NCBI GenBank assembly: GCA_002869085.1
Contig: PKTQ01000122.1
Coordinates: 1-23,696 of the forward strand
Reading direction: 5' to 3'
From: Hyphomicrobiales bacterium
GTDB lineage: Bacteria > Pseudomonadota > Alphaproteobacteria > Rhizobiales > BM303
Length of the DNA stretch: 23,696 bases
In this document: in pieces, positions 10,014 through 22,371 of the stretch
Position numbering within the stretch: the stretch's first letter is position 1
How the letters are laid out: each line of letters opens with the position of its first letter
Notes under the pieces: model-generated
Told to the model about the DNA's origin: nothing
Seen by the model: only the letters and a program-made list of their open reading frames with translations
Databases searched by the model: none
Made by a program: the position numbers and the translations under genes

Positions 10014-12062
10014 ATGCCGAAACTGACCATTGACGGCATCGAGATCGAGGTTGAGAACGGCATGACCGTTCTGCAGGCCTGTGAGGAGGCGGGGGTCGAG
10101 ATTCCGCGTTTCTGCTATCACGAGCGCCTGTCGATTGCCGGCAATTGCCGCATGTGCCTCGTGGAGATCGAAAAAATGCCCAAGCTGGCGGCGAGCTGCG
10201 CCATGCCGGCGGGCGAGGGCATGGTGGTGCATACCCGCTCGGACAAGGTGCGCCGCGCCCGTAACAATGTGATGGAATTCCAGCTGATCAACCATCCGCT
10301 CGACTGCCCGATCTGCGATCAGGGCGGGGAATGCGATTTGCAGGATGAGGCGATGGCCTATGGGCTGGGCGAAGGCCGGTTCACCGAGGATAAGCACGCC
10401 TTCGAGGCCAAGCATATGGGGCCGCTCATCAAGACCATGATGAACCGCTGCATCCATTGCACACGCTGCGTGCGCTTCATCGCCGAGATCGCCGGCACCG
10501 AGGAAATGGGCGCCACCGGGCGCGGCGGCTATACCGAAATCATGACCTATCTGCAGAGCGCGATCACCTCGGAACTGTCGGGCAATGTGATCGATCTGTG
10601 CCCGGTGGGGGCGCTGACCTCGCGGCCTTATGCGTTCTCGGCCCGGCCATGGGAGCTGCGCAAGACCGAAAGCGTCGATGTGATGGACGCGGTCGGCAGC
10701 AATATCCGGGTCGACAGCCGCGGAGCGGCGGTGATGCGGGTGATGCCGCGCAATCATGACGATGTGAATGAAGAATGGCTGGCCGACCGCAGCCGTTTCA
10801 TCTGGGACGGGCTGAAATCGCGCCGTCTCGACCGGCCTTATGTGCGCAAGGACGGCCAATTGGTGGAAGCGGACTGGGACGAGGCGCTGGCGCTGGTGGC
10901 TGAAAAGCTCAAAAGCACCGATGGGGCCCGCATCGGCGCCATTGCCGGCGATCTTTGCGCCGCCGAGGAAATGTTCGCGCTGAAAGGTCTGATGGCGGGT
11001 CTCGGCGCGGCGAGCCTCGATTGCCGCCAGGACGGGGCGGCGCTCGAGCCATCAGCGGGCCGGGCGGGATATCTTTTCAATCCGGGCATTGCCGGCATCG
11101 AGGAGGCCGATGCGCTGATGCTGATCGGCGCCAATCCGAGGCGGGATGCACCGGTGCTGAATGCGCGTATCCGCAAGCGCTGGCTGCGCGGCGGGTTTGA
11201 AGTGGGGCTGATCGGGGAAAATGCCGATCTGACCTATGACACCACCCATCTGGGCGCCGGGCCGGACAGTCTGGCGGCGCTGATTGATGATGAGAATTAT
11301 GCCGGACAATCCGAACATCCGATGGTGATTGTCGGGGCCGATGCGCTGGCGCGCCCTGATGGGGCGGCGGTGCTGGCGCTGGCGGCGAAATTCGCCCTGA
11401 AACGGGGCGCGATCAAACCGGACTGGAACGGCTTTGCGGTGCTGCACAATGCGGCCTCGCGGGTGGCCGGGCTTGATCTCGGCCTCACGCCGGGAGCGGG
11501 CGGCCAGGACGCGGCGGCGATGGTTTCGGGCGGGGTTGATGTTCTTTATCTGCTGGGCGCCGATGAAATCGATATGAGCGGGCTTGGCGAGACCTTCGTC
11601 ATTTACCAGGGCAGCCACGGCGATGCGGGCGCGCACCGGGCCGATGTGATCCTGCCGGGGGCGGCCTATACGGAAAAGGACGGCATTTACGTCAATACCG
11701 AAGGTAGGGCCCAGAGCGGGCGCCGGGCGGTGATGCCGCCGGGCGAGGCGCGCGAGGACTGGAAGATTATCCGGGCGCTGTCCGGGGCATTGGGCGCCGC
11801 CTTGCCCTATGACACGCTTGAGGAGCTGCGCGCCGCCATGTTCCAGGCCGCGCCGGTGCTGGCCGAGCTCGACAGCGTGCCGCAAGCCGATGCGGGCGCC
11901 GTCCAGACGCTGGCCGGGCAGGGGGGTAGCCCCTCATCGGAGCCGTTCAGGGGCGGCGCCAATCATTATCTGGTCAATCCGATCCTGCGGGCGTCGAAAA
12001 CCATGCATGACTGCGTCGCCGCGAGCGAGACAGAACAGGAGGCAACGGGTACTGATGCTTGA
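10014..12062 (+). CDS. nuoG: NADH-quinone oxidoreductase subunit G (75 kDa)
   Basis: [52 protein letters not shown] and the Fe-S motifs [14 protein letters not shown] and [10 protein letters not shown] are canonical. 682 aa. Confidence 0.95.
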   Translation: MPKLTIDGIEIEVENGMTVLQACEEAGVEIPRFCYHERLSIAGNCRMCLVEIEKMPKLAASCAMPAGEGMVVHTRSDKVRRARNNVMEFQLINHPLDCPICDQGGECDLQDEAMAYGLGEGRFTEDKHAFEAKHMGPLIKTMMNRCIHCTRCVRFIAEIAGTEEMGATGRGGYTEIMTYLQSAITSELSGNVIDLCPVGALTSRPYAFSARPWELRKTESVDVMDAVGSNIRVDSRGAAVMRVMPRNHDDVNEEWLADRSRFIWDGLKSRRLDRPYVRKDGQLVEADWDEALALVAEKLKSTDGARIGAIAGDLCAAEEMFALKGLMAGLGAASLDCRQDGAALEPSAGRAGYLFNPGIAGIEEADALMLIGANPRRDAPVLNARIRKRWLRGGFEVGLIGENADLTYDTTHLGAGPDSLAALIDDENYAGQSEHPMVIVGADALARPDGAAVLALAAKFALKRGAIKPDWNGFAVLHNAASRVAGLDLGLTPGAGGQDAAAMVSGGVDVLYLLGADEIDMSGLGETFVIYQGSHGDAGAHRADVILPGAAYTEKDGIYVNTEGRAQSGRRAVMPPGEAREDWKIIRALSGALGAALPYDTLEELRAAMFQAAPVLAELDSVPQADAGAVQTLAGQGGSPSSEPFRGGANHYLVNPILRASKTMHDCVAASETEQEATGTDA

Positions 12063-13077
12063 GTTCTTCTGGACCTATATCTGGCCGCCATTGCTGATGA
12101 CCATTCACAGCCTGGCGGTGCTGGTGGTGCTGCTGATCCTGCTGGCCTATCTGCTCTATGCCGACCGGAAAATCTGGGCGGCGGTGCAGCTTCGGCGCGG
12201 GCCGAATATGGTTGGGCCGTGGGGGCTGTTCCAGTCCTTCGCCGATATGCTGAAATTCGTGTTCAAGGAAGTGGTGATACCGGCCGGTTCCAACAAGGCG
12301 ATCTATATTCTGGCGCCGCTGATCACCTCGGTGCTGGCCATGTCGTCCTGGGCGGTGATCCCGGCGGCGGAAGGCTGGGCGGTGGCCGATCTGAATGTGG
12401 GCATTCTCTATATTTTCGCCATTTCCTCGCTGGAAGTCTATGGGGTGATCCTGGGCGGCTGGGCCTCGAACAACAAATACGCCTTTCTGGGCAGCTTACG
12501 CTCGGCGGCGCAGATGGTGTCCTATGAGGTCTCGATCGGTTTCGTGATCGTCACCGTGCTGATGTGCGCCGGCACCCTCAACCTGACCGAGATCGTCAAT
12601 GCCCAGAAGAGTTCCTATGGCCTGTTCGGCTGGTACTGGCTGGCGCTGTTCCCGATGTTCGTGGTGTTCTTCATCTCGGCTCTGGCCGAGACCAACCGTC
12701 CGCCCTTCGACCTGCCGGAGGCGGAATCGGAACTGGTGGCCGGCTTCATGACCGAATATGGCTCGACGCCCTATCTGCTGTTCATGCTCGGCGAATATGT
12801 GGCCATCCTGTTGATGTGCGCCATGACCACGATTCTGTTCCTTGGCGGCTGGCTGCCGCCATTTGATATCGCGCCGTTCAACTGGATTCCGGGTTTCTTC
12901 TGGTTCCTGGCCAAATTCTGCGCCGTCTTCTTCATGTTCGCCATGGTGAAGGCTTTCGTGCCGCGCTATCGCTACGACCAGCTGATGCGGCTGGGGTGGA
13001 AAGTGTTCCTGCCCCTGTCACTGGCGATGGTGGTGATTGTGGCGGCGGTTCTGGTCGGCTTCGATCTGGCCCCGTGA
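12055..13077 (+). CDS. nuoH: NADH-quinone oxidoreductase subunit H
   Basis: [15 protein letters not shown]...[32 protein letters not shown]...[26 protein letters not shown] is canonical NuoH/ND1. The ATG at 12055 overlaps the nuoG end by 8 nt. 340 aa. Confidence 0.93.
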   Translation: MLEFFWTYIWPPLLMTIHSLAVLVVLLILLAYLLYADRKIWAAVQLRRGPNMVGPWGLFQSFADMLKFVFKEVVIPAGSNKAIYILAPLITSVLAMSSWAVIPAAEGWAVADLNVGILYIFAISSLEVYGVILGGWASNNKYAFLGSLRSAAQMVSYEVSIGFVIVTVLMCAGTLNLTEIVNAQKSSYGLFGWYWLALFPMFVVFFISALAETNRPPFDLPEAESELVAGFMTEYGSTPYLLFMLGEYVAILLMCAMTTILFLGGWLPPFDIAPFNWIPGFFWFLAKFCAVFFMFAMVKAFVPRYRYDQLMRLGWKVFLPLSLAMVVIVAAVLVGFDLAP

Positions 13078-13087
13078 GGAGAATGTG

Positions 13088-13597
13088 ATGAGCAACAGAT
13101 CCATGACATCCCGCGCGCTGCAGATCGCCAATTCGTTTCTGCTGAAGGATTTCGTCGGGGCGTTCTTCCTGTCGATGCGCTATTTCTTCAAACCCAAGCC
13201 GACGGTGAACTATCCGTTCGAGAAGGGGCCGCTCAGCCCTCGCTTCAGGGGCGAGCATGCGCTGCGGCGCTATCCCAATGGCGAGGAGCGCTGCATCGCC
13301 TGTAAATTATGCGAGGCGGTGTGTCCGGCGCTGGCCATCACCATCGAGGCCGGGCCGCGCCAGAATGACGGCACCCGCCGCACCACCCGCTACGATATCG
13401 ACATGACCAAATGCATCTATTGCGGTTATTGCCAGGAGGCCTGCCCGGTGGAGGCGATCGTGCTGGGGCCGAATTTTGAATTTGCCACCGAAACCCGCGA
13501 AGAGCTGTTCTACGACAAGGGGCGGCTGCTGGCGAACGGAGATCGCTGGGAGCGCGAAATCGCCAAGAACATCGCGCTTGACGCGCCGTACCGGTAG
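13088..13597 (+). CDS. nuoI: NADH-quinone oxidoreductase subunit I (2x[4Fe-4S] ferredoxin)
   Basis: [13 protein letters not shown] and [13 protein letters not shown], with a gaggagaa RBS before the ATG at 13088. 169 aa. Confidence 0.93.
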   Translation: MSNRSMTSRALQIANSFLLKDFVGAFFLSMRYFFKPKPTVNYPFEKGPLSPRFRGEHALRRYPNGEERCIACKLCEAVCPALAITIEAGPRQNDGTRRTTRYDIDMTKCIYCGYCQEACPVEAIVLGPNFEFATETREELFYDKGRLLANGDRWEREIAKNIALDAPYR

Positions 13598-13619
13598 CTG
13601 ATGAGGAAATGAGAAAACA

Positions 13620-14225
13620 ATGATAGAAGCAGCCTTTTTCTATCTCTATGCCATCATCCTGGTGGTGTCGGCCTTCATGGTCATCGTGTCGCGCAACCCG
13701 GTGCACTCGGTGCTGTTTCTCATTCTGGCCTTCTTCAACGGCGCGGCCCTGTTTGTGATGCTGGGGGCGGAGCTGCTGGGCATGCTGCTGCTGATCGTCT
13801 ATGTGGGCGCGGTGGCGGTATTGTTCCTGTTCGTGGTGATGATGCTCGATATCGACTTTGCCGAAATGCGCAAGGGCCTGCTGAAATATCTGCCGGTCGG
13901 CGGCGCGGTCGGGGTGGTGGTGATGCTTGAGCTGCTGATCGTGTTCGGTAGCTGGGCGGCGGCGCCCGACGCGGCCAGCCATCTTGGCGCGCCGGCGCCC
14001 GAGGGCCTGACCAATACCGAGGCGCTGGGGCAGATTCTTTACACCAAATATGTCTATTTCTTCCAGCTTGCGGGGCTGGTGCTGCTGGTGGCGATGATCG
14101 GCGCGATCGTGCTGACCCTGCACCACCGCGAAAACGTCAAGCGTCAGAACATCCCGGACCAGATCGCCCGCACCCGCGAGATGGCGGTCGAGCTGAAGGA
14201 TGTCGAGCCGGGGCAGGGGATTTGA
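13620..14225 (+). CDS. nuoJ: NADH-quinone oxidoreductase subunit J
   Basis: [76 protein letters not shown] is canonical NuoJ/ND6. 201 aa. Confidence 0.9.
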   Translation: MIEAAFFYLYAIILVVSAFMVIVSRNPVHSVLFLILAFFNGAALFVMLGAELLGMLLLIVYVGAVAVLFLFVVMMLDIDFAEMRKGLLKYLPVGGAVGVVVMLELLIVFGSWAAAPDAASHLGAPAPEGLTNTEALGQILYTKYVYFFQLAGLVLLVAMIGAIVLTLHHRENVKRQNIPDQIARTREMAVELKDVEPGQGI

Positions 14226-14229
14226 TGCG

Positions 14230-14535
14230 ATGATTGGACTGGAACATTATCTTTCACTGTCGGCGGTGCTGCTGACCATCGGCATGTTCGGCATCTTCCT
14301 CAACCGGAAGAATGTGATCATCATGCTGATGTCGGTCGAGCTGATGCTGCTGGCGGTCAATATCAATCTGGTGGCGTTTTCGAGTTTTCTGGGGGATCTC
14401 ACCGGGCAGGTGTTCGCCATGCTGGTGCTGACTGTGGCGGCGGCGGAAGCGGCGATCGGCCTGGCTATCCTGGTGGTGTTCTTCCGTAATCGCGGCTCAA
14501 TCGATGTCGAAGATGTCGACATGATGAAGGGGTAG
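14230..14535 (+). CDS. nuoK: NADH-quinone oxidoreductase subunit K
   Basis: [51 protein letters not shown] is canonical NuoK/ND4L. 101 aa. The ATG at 14230 is in frame with the ORF-track frame that starts at 14200. Confidence 0.92.
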   Translation: MIGLEHYLSLSAVLLTIGMFGIFLNRKNVIIMLMSVELMLLAVNINLVAFSSFLGDLTGQVFAMLVLTVAAAEAAIGLAILVVFFRNRGSIDVEDVDMMKG

Positions 14536-14540
14536 GGGGC

Positions 14541-16469
14541 ATGTATACGACAATTGTATTCCTGCCGCTTCTGGGCGCCATACTGGCCGGGTTTTTCGGC
14601 CGGTTTCTGGGGGTCAAAGCGAGTGAGGTGATTACCAGCGGCTTCGTGCTGCTCGGGGCACTGCTGTCCTGGATCGCCTTTTTCCAGATCGGCGTCGGCG
14701 GCGAGACCGCCCATGTCACCGTGCTGCCCTGGATCAAATCGGGCGGGCTTTCGGTGGACTGGGCGCTGCGCATCGACACGCTGACCGCGGTGATGATGGT
14801 GGTGGTCAACACGGTCTCGGGCCTGGTGCATGTCTATTCCATCGGCTATATGCACCACGACCCGCACCGGACCCGGTTCTTCTCCTATCTGTCGCTGTTC
14901 ACCTTCGCCATGCTGATGCTGGTGACCTCGGATAATTTCCTGCAGATGTTCTTCGGCTGGGAAGGGGTGGGCCTCGCCTCCTATCTGCTGATCGGCTTCT
15001 GGTATCAGAAACCCTCGGCCAATGCGGCGGCGATCAAGGCCTTCGTGGTCAACCGGGTCGGCGATTTCGGCTTCGCGCTCGGCATTTTCGGGGTCTATGC
15101 GGTGTTCGGCTCCATCGACTATGACACGGTGTTTGCCGCCGCGGCGGAAAAGGCCGGGCAGGAGTTCAGCTTCCTTGGCATGCAACTCGACATCGTGACC
15201 ACTTTATGCGTGCTCTTGTTCATGGGCGCGATGGGCAAATCGGCCCAGTTCCTGCTGCATACCTGGCTGCCGGACGCCATGGAAGGCCCGACACCGGTCT
15301 CGGCGCTGATTCACGCCGCCACCATGGTGACCGCCGGGGTGTTCCTGGTGGCGCGCTGCGCGCCGATGTTCGAATTGTCGGTTGATGCGCGCTTCTTCGT
15401 GGTGCTGGTGGGGGCGACCACCGCCTTTTTCGCCGCCACGGTCGGCCTGGTGCAGAACGACATCAAGCGGGTGGTGGCCTATTCCACCTGCTCGCAGCTC
15501 GGCTATATGTTCGTGGCCGCCGGGGTCGGTGCTTACGGCGCGGCGATCTTTCATCTGTTCACCCATGCCTTTTTCAAGGCGCTGTTGTTCCTGGGTTCCG
15601 GCTCGGTGATCCACGCCATGTCCGACGAGCAGGATATGCGCCATATGGGCGGGCTGTTTCCGCATCTGAAAAAGACCTGGGTGCTGATGCTGGTGGGCAC
15701 GCTGGCGCTCACGGGCTTTCCGCTCACCGCCGGATATTTCTCCAAGGATGCGATCATCGAATCGGCCTATGCGGCCCACAGCAATATTGGCATGTACGCC
15801 TTCGTGCTGACGGTGATCGCGGCGGCGCTGACCTCGTTCTATTCCTGGCGGCTGATGTTCATGACCTTCCATGGCAAGCCCCGGGCCAGCGATGAGGTGA
15901 TGAGCCATGTGCATGAATCGCCCTGGGTGATGCTGGCGCCGCTGGTGGTGCTGGCGCTGGGGGCGCTCGGTGCGGGCTTCCTGTTCTCCGGCTATTTCAT
16001 CGGCGAGCATAACCATGCCTTCTGGGCCGAGGCGATCCGCCTGGCCAAGGACAACACCATTCTTGAAGATATCCACCATGTGCCCTCCTGGGTGAAGGCG
16101 GCGCCCTTCGTGATGATGGTGGGCGGGCTGGCTGTTGCCTCGCTGTTCTACCTGGCCAAGCCCGACCTGCCGGTGCGGCTGGCGACGCGGATGCCGCGGC
16201 TTTACAAATTCCTGCTCAACAAATGGTATTTCGATGAGCTGTTCGACTGGATGTTCGTCCGGCCGGCCTTCCGCATCGGGCGCACTTTGTGGAAAACCGG
16301 TGACGGGGCGGTCATTGACGGTCTCGGTCCGGACGGGGTTGCAGCCCGGGTGCTGGCCTTCACCGGCCGGGCGGTGCGGATGCAGTCCGGTTTCGTCTAT
16401 CACTACGCCTTTGCCATGCTGATCGGCGTGGCGTTCCTTATCACCTACGTCCTGTTTAATGGAATTTGA
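14541..16469 (+). CDS. nuoL: NADH-quinone oxidoreductase subunit L
   Basis: 642-aa polytopic antiporter-like subunit. [29 protein letters not shown] and the NuoL-specific long C-terminal region are present. Confidence 0.94.
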   Translation: MYTTIVFLPLLGAILAGFFGRFLGVKASEVITSGFVLLGALLSWIAFFQIGVGGETAHVTVLPWIKSGGLSVDWALRIDTLTAVMMVVVNTVSGLVHVYSIGYMHHDPHRTRFFSYLSLFTFAMLMLVTSDNFLQMFFGWEGVGLASYLLIGFWYQKPSANAAAIKAFVVNRVGDFGFALGIFGVYAVFGSIDYDTVFAAAAEKAGQEFSFLGMQLDIVTTLCVLLFMGAMGKSAQFLLHTWLPDAMEGPTPVSALIHAATMVTAGVFLVARCAPMFELSVDARFFVVLVGATTAFFAATVGLVQNDIKRVVAYSTCSQLGYMFVAAGVGAYGAAIFHLFTHAFFKALLFLGSGSVIHAMSDEQDMRHMGGLFPHLKKTWVLMLVGTLALTGFPLTAGYFSKDAIIESAYAAHSNIGMYAFVLTVIAAALTSFYSWRLMFMTFHGKPRASDEVMSHVHESPWVMLAPLVVLALGALGAGFLFSGYFIGEHNHAFWAEAIRLAKDNTILEDIHHVPSWVKAAPFVMMVGGLAVASLFYLAKPDLPVRLATRMPRLYKFLLNKWYFDELFDWMFVRPAFRIGRTLWKTGDGAVIDGLGPDGVAARVLAFTGRAVRMQSGFVYHYAFAMLIGVAFLITYVLFNGI

Positions 16470-16470
16470 T

Positions 16471-17988
16471 ATGAATAGCTGGCCGATCCTCTCCGTCGTC
16501 ACCTTCCTGCCGCTCCTGGGGGCGCTGTTCATCTTCACCATCCGGGGCGAGGACGAAACCGCGCTGCGCAATGCGCGCTATGTGGCCCTGTGGACCACGC
16601 TGATCACCTTCGTGCTGTCCCTGTTTATCTGGGGCGGCTTCGATAACTCCTCGTCTGAGTTCCAGTTCGTCGAAAAAGGCGAGTGGCTGGGCGGCAATAT
16701 CAATTATCATATGGGCGTTGACGGCATTTCGATGCTGTTCGTCATCCTGACCACCTTCCTGATGCCGGCGGCAATCCTGGCCAGCTGGAAATCGGTTAAG
16801 GTGCGGGTGAAGGACTATATGATCGCCTTCCTGGTGCTGGAAACCCTGATGATCGGGGTGTTCTGCGCGCTGGATCTGGTGCTGTTCTACCTGTTCTTCG
16901 AAGGGGGCCTCATCCCGATGTTCCTGATCATCGGGGTGTGGGGCGGTGCGCGCCGGGTCTATGCGGCGTTCAAGTTCTTCCTCTATACGCTGCTGGGTTC
17001 GGTGCTGATGCTGATCGCGCTGATGGCGATGTATTGGGGCGCCGGCACCACCGACATCCCGACCCTGATGGCCCATCAGTTCCCGGCCCAGCTCCAGACC
17101 TGGGCCTGGCTGGCCTTCTTCGCGTCCTTCGCGGTGAAAATGCCGATGTGGCCGGTGCATACCTGGCTGCCGGACGCCCATGTGGAGGCGCCGACCGCCG
17201 GCTCGGTCATTCTGGCGGCGATCCTACTGAAAATGGGCGGCTATGGTTTCCTGCGTTTCTCGGTGCCGATGTTCCCGCTCGCGACCGATCTGTTTGCGCC
17301 GCTCATTTTCGTGCTCAGCGTGGTGGCGATCATCTACACCTCGCTGGTGGCGCTGGCGCAGGAGGATATCAAGAAGCTGATCGCCTATTCCTCGGTGGCG
17401 CATATGGGCTTTGTCACCATGGGCATCTTCACCATGACCATTCAGGGTGTGCAGGGCGGTATTTTCCAGATGCTCAGCCATGGCCTGGTGTCGGGGGCGC
17501 TGTTCCTGTGCGTCGGCATCATCTATGACCGCATGCATACCCGCGAGATCGCCGCTTATGGCGGGCTGGTGCACCGAATGCCGATCTATGCCTTCGTGTT
17601 CATGCTGTTCACCATGGCCAATGTGGGCCTGCCGGGCACCAGCGGGTTCGTCGGCGAATTCCTGACCCTGCTGGGGGCGTTCCGGGTCAATACCTGGGTG
17701 GCGTTCTTCGCCACCACCGGCGTGGTGCTCAGCGCCGCCTATGCCCTGTGGCTCTACCGGCGGGTGATCTTCGGCAAGCTCGAAAAAGAAAGCCTGATGA
17801 GCATCAAGGACATGAATGCGCGCGAAATCGCGATCATGGCGCCCCTGGTGGTGCTGACCGTGCTGTTCGGGATCTGGCCGGCTCCGCTGATCGATGTCAC
17901 CACCGCATCGGTAGAAAAACTGATCTCCAATTACCAGGCGGCGATTTCCGCCGCATCTAGCGCGGCGCAGCACGCCGCTCTGTATTGA
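16471..17988 (+). CDS. nuoM: NADH-quinone oxidoreductase subunit M
   Basis: [34 protein letters not shown] is canonical NuoM/ND4. The ATG at 16471 lies 1 nt after the nuoL TGA. The upstream ATG at 16459 would overlap nuoL. Confidence 0.93.
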   Translation: MNSWPILSVVTFLPLLGALFIFTIRGEDETALRNARYVALWTTLITFVLSLFIWGGFDNSSSEFQFVEKGEWLGGNINYHMGVDGISMLFVILTTFLMPAAILASWKSVKVRVKDYMIAFLVLETLMIGVFCALDLVLFYLFFEGGLIPMFLIIGVWGGARRVYAAFKFFLYTLLGSVLMLIALMAMYWGAGTTDIPTLMAHQFPAQLQTWAWLAFFASFAVKMPMWPVHTWLPDAHVEAPTAGSVILAAILLKMGGYGFLRFSVPMFPLATDLFAPLIFVLSVVAIIYTSLVALAQEDIKKLIAYSSVAHMGFVTMGIFTMTIQGVQGGIFQMLSHGLVSGALFLCVGIIYDRMHTREIAAYGGLVHRMPIYAFVFMLFTMANVGLPGTSGFVGEFLTLLGAFRVNTWVAFFATTGVVLSAAYALWLYRRVIFGKLEKESLMSIKDMNAREIAIMAPLVVLTVLFGIWPAPLIDVTTASVEKLISNYQAAISAASSAAQHAALY

Positions 17989-17993
17989 GGCTG

Positions 17994-19433
17994 ATGACTA
18001 TGGCGCAGACGATGGTTCCTTCATTTTGGCCGGCCCTGCCGGAACTGATGCTGGCAGTGGGCGCCATGGCGCTGCTGTTGCTGGGCGCGTTCCGCCGCGA
18101 GGGCAAGAACATGTGTGTGCTGTCCGCGGCGCTGCTGGTGCTGGCCGGCATCGCGATTCTGTTTCAGAGCGGCGAGACCACCACATTCGGCGGCGCGTTC
18201 GCGGTCGATCCCTTTATCCGGCTGATGAAGATTCTGGCCATTGTCGGCTCGCTCAGCGCCATGGCGATGTCGTTGAACTATTTCCGCAACGAAAACCTGA
18301 CCATGTTCGAATATCCGATCCTGATCGTGCTGGCGACGCTCGGCATGTTGCTGATGATTTCGGCCAATGGTCTGATCGCGCTGTATCTGGGCCTGGAGCT
18401 GCAGAGCCTGGCGCTATACGTGCTTGCCGCCATCCGGCGCGACAAGCTGCGCTCGGCCGAGGCGGGGCTGAAATATTTCATTCTCGGCGCTCTGTCTTCC
18501 GGGCTGCTGCTCTATGGCGCCTCGCTGATCTACGGCTTCACCGGCACGGTGCAGTTCGAGGGCATCGCGGCGGTGGCGGCGTCGGGCGGCCCCTCGCTGG
18601 GGCTGCTGTTCGGTCTGGTGTTCCTGTTGGCCGGGCTGGCTTTCAAAATCTCGGCGGTGCCGTTTCACATGTGGACGCCCGATGTCTATGAAGGCGCGCC
18701 GACCCCGGTGACGGCGTTTTTCGCCGCCGCGCCGAAAATCGCCGCCATGGCGCTGCTGATCCGGGTGCTGTTCACGGCCTTTCCGGCCATTTCCGGGCAA
18801 TGGCAGCAGATTCTGGTGTTCATCTCCCTGGCCTCGATGGTGCTGGGCGCATTCGCCGCCATCGGCCAGCGCAATATCAAACGGCTGATGGCCTATTCCT
18901 CGATCGGCCATATGGGCTTTGCCCTGGTGGGGCTGGCGGCAATGAACCAGGAAGGGGTGAGCGGTGTTATCCTCTATCTGATCATCTATCTGGTGATGAC
19001 GGTCGGCACTTTCGCCTTCATTCTGTCCATGCGCCGCGACGAGACCATGGTCGAGAATATCGACGATCTGGCGGGCCTTTCCCGCACCCGGCCGATGCAG
19101 GCGCTGGCCCTGTCGCTGCTGATGTTCTCGCTGGCCGGCATTCCGCCCCTGGCCGGATTCTTCGCCAAATTCTATGTCTTTCTGGCGGCGGTGAAGTCGG
19201 GCCTGTTCCTGCTGGCGGTGATCGGTGTGCTGGCAAGCGTGGTGGGCGCGTTCTATTATCTGCGCATCGTCAAGGTGATGTATTTCGATGAGCCGGAAGG
19301 CGAGGCCTTCGAGCCGATGCCGCGCGAGCTTGGGCTGCTGTTTTCGGTGGCGGGTCTGTTTGTTCTGGTGTTCTTCCTCTATCCGGCGCCGGTGCTGAAA
19401 GCGGCGCAGAACGCGGCGGCGGTCCTGTTCTGA
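17994..19433 (+). CDS. nuoN: NADH-quinone oxidoreductase subunit N
   Basis: [32 protein letters not shown] is canonical NuoN/ND2. The ATG at 17994 lies 6 nt after the nuoM stop. Confidence 0.93.
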   Translation: MTMAQTMVPSFWPALPELMLAVGAMALLLLGAFRREGKNMCVLSAALLVLAGIAILFQSGETTTFGGAFAVDPFIRLMKILAIVGSLSAMAMSLNYFRNENLTMFEYPILIVLATLGMLLMISANGLIALYLGLELQSLALYVLAAIRRDKLRSAEAGLKYFILGALSSGLLLYGASLIYGFTGTVQFEGIAAVAASGGPSLGLLFGLVFLLAGLAFKISAVPFHMWTPDVYEGAPTPVTAFFAAAPKIAAMALLIRVLFTAFPAISGQWQQILVFISLASMVLGAFAAIGQRNIKRLMAYSSIGHMGFALVGLAAMNQEGVSGVILYLIIYLVMTVGTFAFILSMRRDETMVENIDDLAGLSRTRPMQALALSLLMFSLAGIPPLAGFFAKFYVFLAAVKSGLFLLAVIGVLASVVGAFYYLRIVKVMYFDEPEGEAFEPMPRELGLLFSVAGLFVLVFFLYPAPVLKAAQNAAAVLF

Positions 19434-19449
19434 CCCGGTTCCTGAGTTG

Positions 19450-20220
19450 ATGCCCGATGACCCTATCCTGCCGGCCGGCTCTGCATTAGCCCGTTTCGAC
19501 GAGATCGATTCCACCAATTCCGAAGCCTTGCGGCGCGCGCCGCAAGAAGGGCCGCTCTGGGTCTGGGCCAGGGTCCAGACCAAGGGGCGCGGCCGCCAGG
19601 GGCGGGTATGGGCCTCGGGGCGCGGCAATCTTTATGCCTCGCTGCTGCTGCCGGTGGATTTCGAGCCGGCCTTGACGCCGCAGGTCTCCTTCGTGGCGGC
19701 GCTGGCGGTGCATGACACGGCGGCGCAATTGTTAGGGAAGGGCGATCCGTCGGACCGGCTGAAGTTGAAATGGCCGAATGATGTGCTGCTCGGCGGGGCG
19801 AAGATTGCCGGCATCCTGCTGGAAGGCGCCTCGAGCGGCGCGGCGCGGGGGGCGGTGGCCATCGGCTGCGGCATTAATCTCGCCCATCACCCCGAACTCG
19901 ACGAGCGCAAGGCGACCTCGCTGGGGGCCTATGGATGCGAAGTGGAAGCCGGCGCGGCGCTCAGCGTGCTGGCGGCGGCGATGCAGGCCCGGCTCGGGCA
20001 ATGGCGCGGCGGGGCGGGCTTTGCCGCCATTCGCGCCGACTGGCTGGCGCGGGTTGGCGGGCTTGGCGAGCGGGTGGAGATCCGGCTGCCGAATGAGCGC
20101 CGCAGCGGTATCTTTGCGACCATCGACAGCGGGGGTGCGCTGATTTTGCGACTTGATGACGGGCAGGAACAGCGTATTACCGCCGGGGACGTCTTTACAT
20201 TGGGGCATGACAGGGTATGA
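19450..20220 (+). CDS. birA: Biotin--[acetyl-CoA-carboxylase] ligase, group I (no N-terminal DNA-binding domain)
   Basis: QTKGRGRQGRVWASGRGNLYASLLL (the GRGRxGRxW biotin-binding loop) and [19 protein letters not shown]. 256 aa. The position immediately after nuoN is typical of alphaproteobacteria. Confidence 0.85.
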   Translation: MPDDPILPAGSALARFDEIDSTNSEALRRAPQEGPLWVWARVQTKGRGRQGRVWASGRGNLYASLLLPVDFEPALTPQVSFVAALAVHDTAAQLLGKGDPSDRLKLKWPNDVLLGGAKIAGILLEGASSGAARGAVAIGCGINLAHHPELDERKATSLGAYGCEVEAGAALSVLAAAMQARLGQWRGGAGFAAIRADWLARVGGLGERVEIRLPNERRSGIFATIDSGGALILRLDDGQEQRITAGDVFTLGHDRV

Positions 20221-21902
20221 GCGGCAAACGCAAAGCCGGACAGGACGAATTGGTATTTCTGCCTTTGGGCGGGGCCGGCGAGATCGGCATGAATCTCTAT
20301 CTCTATGGCCTGGGGCCGGCCTCGGCGCGGCAATGGATCATCGTCGATCTCGGCATCAGCTTTCCGGGGCCGGAACTGCCGGGGATCGAGGTGGTGATGC
20401 CGGACACGGCGTTTCTGGAGCAGATGGACGGGGAATTGCTGGCCATCGTGCTGACCCATGCCCATGAGGATCATTACGGCGCCATTCCCTATTTGTGGCC
20501 GCGCCTGAAGGTGCCGGTCTATGCCACGGCGTTTTCGGCCGGGCTGCTGCGGATGAAACTGCATGAAACCGGCCTTGAGGACGAGGTGCCGGTGCATCTG
20601 CTGCATCAGGGCGAGCGCTTTAAGATCGGGCCGTTCGATCTTGAGCTGATCACCGTCACCCATTCCATCCCCGAGCCCAATGCCCTGGCGATCCGCACCC
20701 GGCAAGGCAATGTGCTGCATAGCGGCGATTGGCGCATCGATCCCGACCCTGTGGTGGGGGACAAGTTCGACGAGGCCCGCATGCGCGCCTTCGGCGCCGA
20801 GGGCTGCCGGGCGGTGATCTGCGATTCCACCAATATATTAAGCTCGCGGCAGGCGCCGTCCGAGGCTGAGATCGGTAAGAACCTGGCCAAGCTGGTGGCC
20901 GAGGCCGAGGGGCGGGTGGCGATCACCACCTTTGCGTCCAATGTGGGGCGCATCCTGTCGGTGATGCGGGCGACCAAGGCGGCGGGGCGGCATCTGGTGC
21001 TGGCCGGGCGCAGCATGCATAAATTCGTGGCGCTGGCGCGCGAGACCGGCCTCATTCCGCAACAGGGCGAATTGCTCAGCGAGGATGATTACGGCTTTCT
21101 GCCGCGCGAAAAGGTGGTGCTGCTATGCACGGGCAGTCAGGGCGAGGCGCGGGCGGCGCTGTCGCGCATCGCGTCGGGCAGCCATCCGCGCATCACCCTC
21201 AATAAGGGCGATACGGTGATTTTCTCGTCCAAGACCATCCCCGGCAATGAAAAAGAGATCGGCGCGGTGGAGAACAATCTGGCGGCGCTGGGGATCAAGA
21301 CCATCCATGGCAGCGCCGATTTCCCGGTCCATGTCACCGGCCATCCCTATTGCAACGAGGTCGAGCGGCTGTATGACATGCTGAAGCCTGAAGCCGCGAT
21401 CCCGATCCATGGCGAAACCCTGCATCTGGCCACCCATGCCGAGCGCGCCCGGGAATGGGGGGTGAAAGAGACGGTGATGGCCCGCAATGGCGATCTGGTG
21501 CGGATTGCGCCGGGGAAGCTGGAGATTTGCGGGGCGGCGCCGGCCGGGCGGCTATGCCTTGACGGCAAGATAACCGTGCCGGCCGAAAACGGGCCGTTGC
21601 GGATCCGGCGGCGGCTCAACTTTGCCGGCGCGGTGGTGGTGTTTCTGGCCATCGACAAGCGCGGCGCGCTCGCCGACGATCCGCTGTTCGAGGTCATGGG
21701 GCTGCCGGAGCGGGACGATTATGGCGATGCCATGGAGGATGTGATATTCGAGGCCATTGACGAGGCGCTGGACGTTGTGCCGCGCAAAAGGCGCCAGAAC
21801 ACCGATACGCTGGCCGAGACCGTGCGCCGTTCGGTGCGCCGGGCGGTGCGCGAGGCCTGGGGCAAGAAGACCGAATGCCGGGTGCAGATCGCGCGGGTCT
21901 GA
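20217..21902 (+). CDS. rnj: Ribonuclease J-type metallo-beta-lactamase fold RNA hydrolase
   Basis: The VLTHAHEDHYGAIPYL HxHxDH zinc motif, a beta-CASP-like central region and a 561-aa length fit RNase J. The ATG overlaps the birA stop (ATGA). Confidence 0.8.
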   Translation: MSGKRKAGQDELVFLPLGGAGEIGMNLYLYGLGPASARQWIIVDLGISFPGPELPGIEVVMPDTAFLEQMDGELLAIVLTHAHEDHYGAIPYLWPRLKVPVYATAFSAGLLRMKLHETGLEDEVPVHLLHQGERFKIGPFDLELITVTHSIPEPNALAIRTRQGNVLHSGDWRIDPDPVVGDKFDEARMRAFGAEGCRAVICDSTNILSSRQAPSEAEIGKNLAKLVAEAEGRVAITTFASNVGRILSVMRATKAAGRHLVLAGRSMHKFVALARETGLIPQQGELLSEDDYGFLPREKVVLLCTGSQGEARAALSRIASGSHPRITLNKGDTVIFSSKTIPGNEKEIGAVENNLAALGIKTIHGSADFPVHVTGHPYCNEVERLYDMLKPEAAIPIHGETLHLATHAERAREWGVKETVMARNGDLVRIAPGKLEICGAAPAGRLCLDGKITVPAENGPLRIRRRLNFAGAVVVFLAIDKRGALADDPLFEVMGLPERDDYGDAMEDVIFEAIDEALDVVPRKRRQNTDTLAETVRRSVRRAVREAWGKKTECRVQIARV

Positions 21903-21966
21903 GCCGCCCCGGCCGAACAGGGGCATGCGCAGGCAGTAGCTGGCCTTTGCCGGGAAAGGAGACATC

Positions 21967-22371
21967 ATGATCGGACAACTCAACCATGTCGCCATTGTGG
22001 TGCCGGATCTGGCGGCGGCGGCGGCGTTTTACGCCGAGGCGCTGGGCGCGAGCGTTTCGGCGCCCCATGATCTGCCCGAGCATGGGGTGACGACGGTGTT
22101 TGTGGAACTGCCCAATACCAAGATTGAATTGCTGCACCCGCTGGGGGCGGACTCACCGATTGCCGGTTTTCTGGCCAAGAACCCGGCCGGCGGCATGCAC
22201 CATGTCTGTTACGAGGTCGAGGATATCATCGCGGCGTGCGATCATCTGGTGGCTTCCGGGGTGCGGGTGCTGGGGGACGGCGAGCCCAAGACCGGAGCCC
22301 ATGGCAAGCCGGTGCTGTTCCTGCATCCCAAAGACGGGCTCGGCACGCTGATCGAGCTTGAACAGGCCTGA
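21967..22371 (+). CDS. mce: Methylmalonyl-CoA epimerase (VOC/glyoxalase-fold)
   Basis: 134 aa. LNHVAIVVPDLAAAAAFY...TKIELLHPLG...GGMHHVCYEVEDI...GKPVLFLHPKD..GTLIELEQ closely follows the characteristic epimerase pattern. A strong aaggag RBS precedes it. Confidence 0.85.
   Translation: MIGQLNHVAIVVPDLAAAAAFYAEALGASVSAPHDLPEHGVTTVFVELPNTKIELLHPLGADSPIAGFLAKNPAGGMHHVCYEVEDIIAACDHLVASGVRVLGDGEPKTGAHGKPVLFLHPKDGLGTLIELEQA

Noticed and set aside
8706-10859. 717-aa minus-strand ORF antisense to nuoF/nuoG
   Set aside because: It is Arg/Ala/Gly/His-rich low-complexity translation with no recognisable domains. It is completely overlapped by canonical nuoF/nuoG on the other strand, so it is a typical GC-rich shadow frame.
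15204-16571. 455-aa minus ORF antisense to nuoL
   Set aside because: Antisense shadow of a strongly conserved membrane subunit gene. The same applies to 6422..7624, 7555..8235, 11052..11885, 13338..14126, 14247..15185, 16456..17181, 17224..17973, 18414..19628, 19929..20720 and 21552..22137 on the minus strand.
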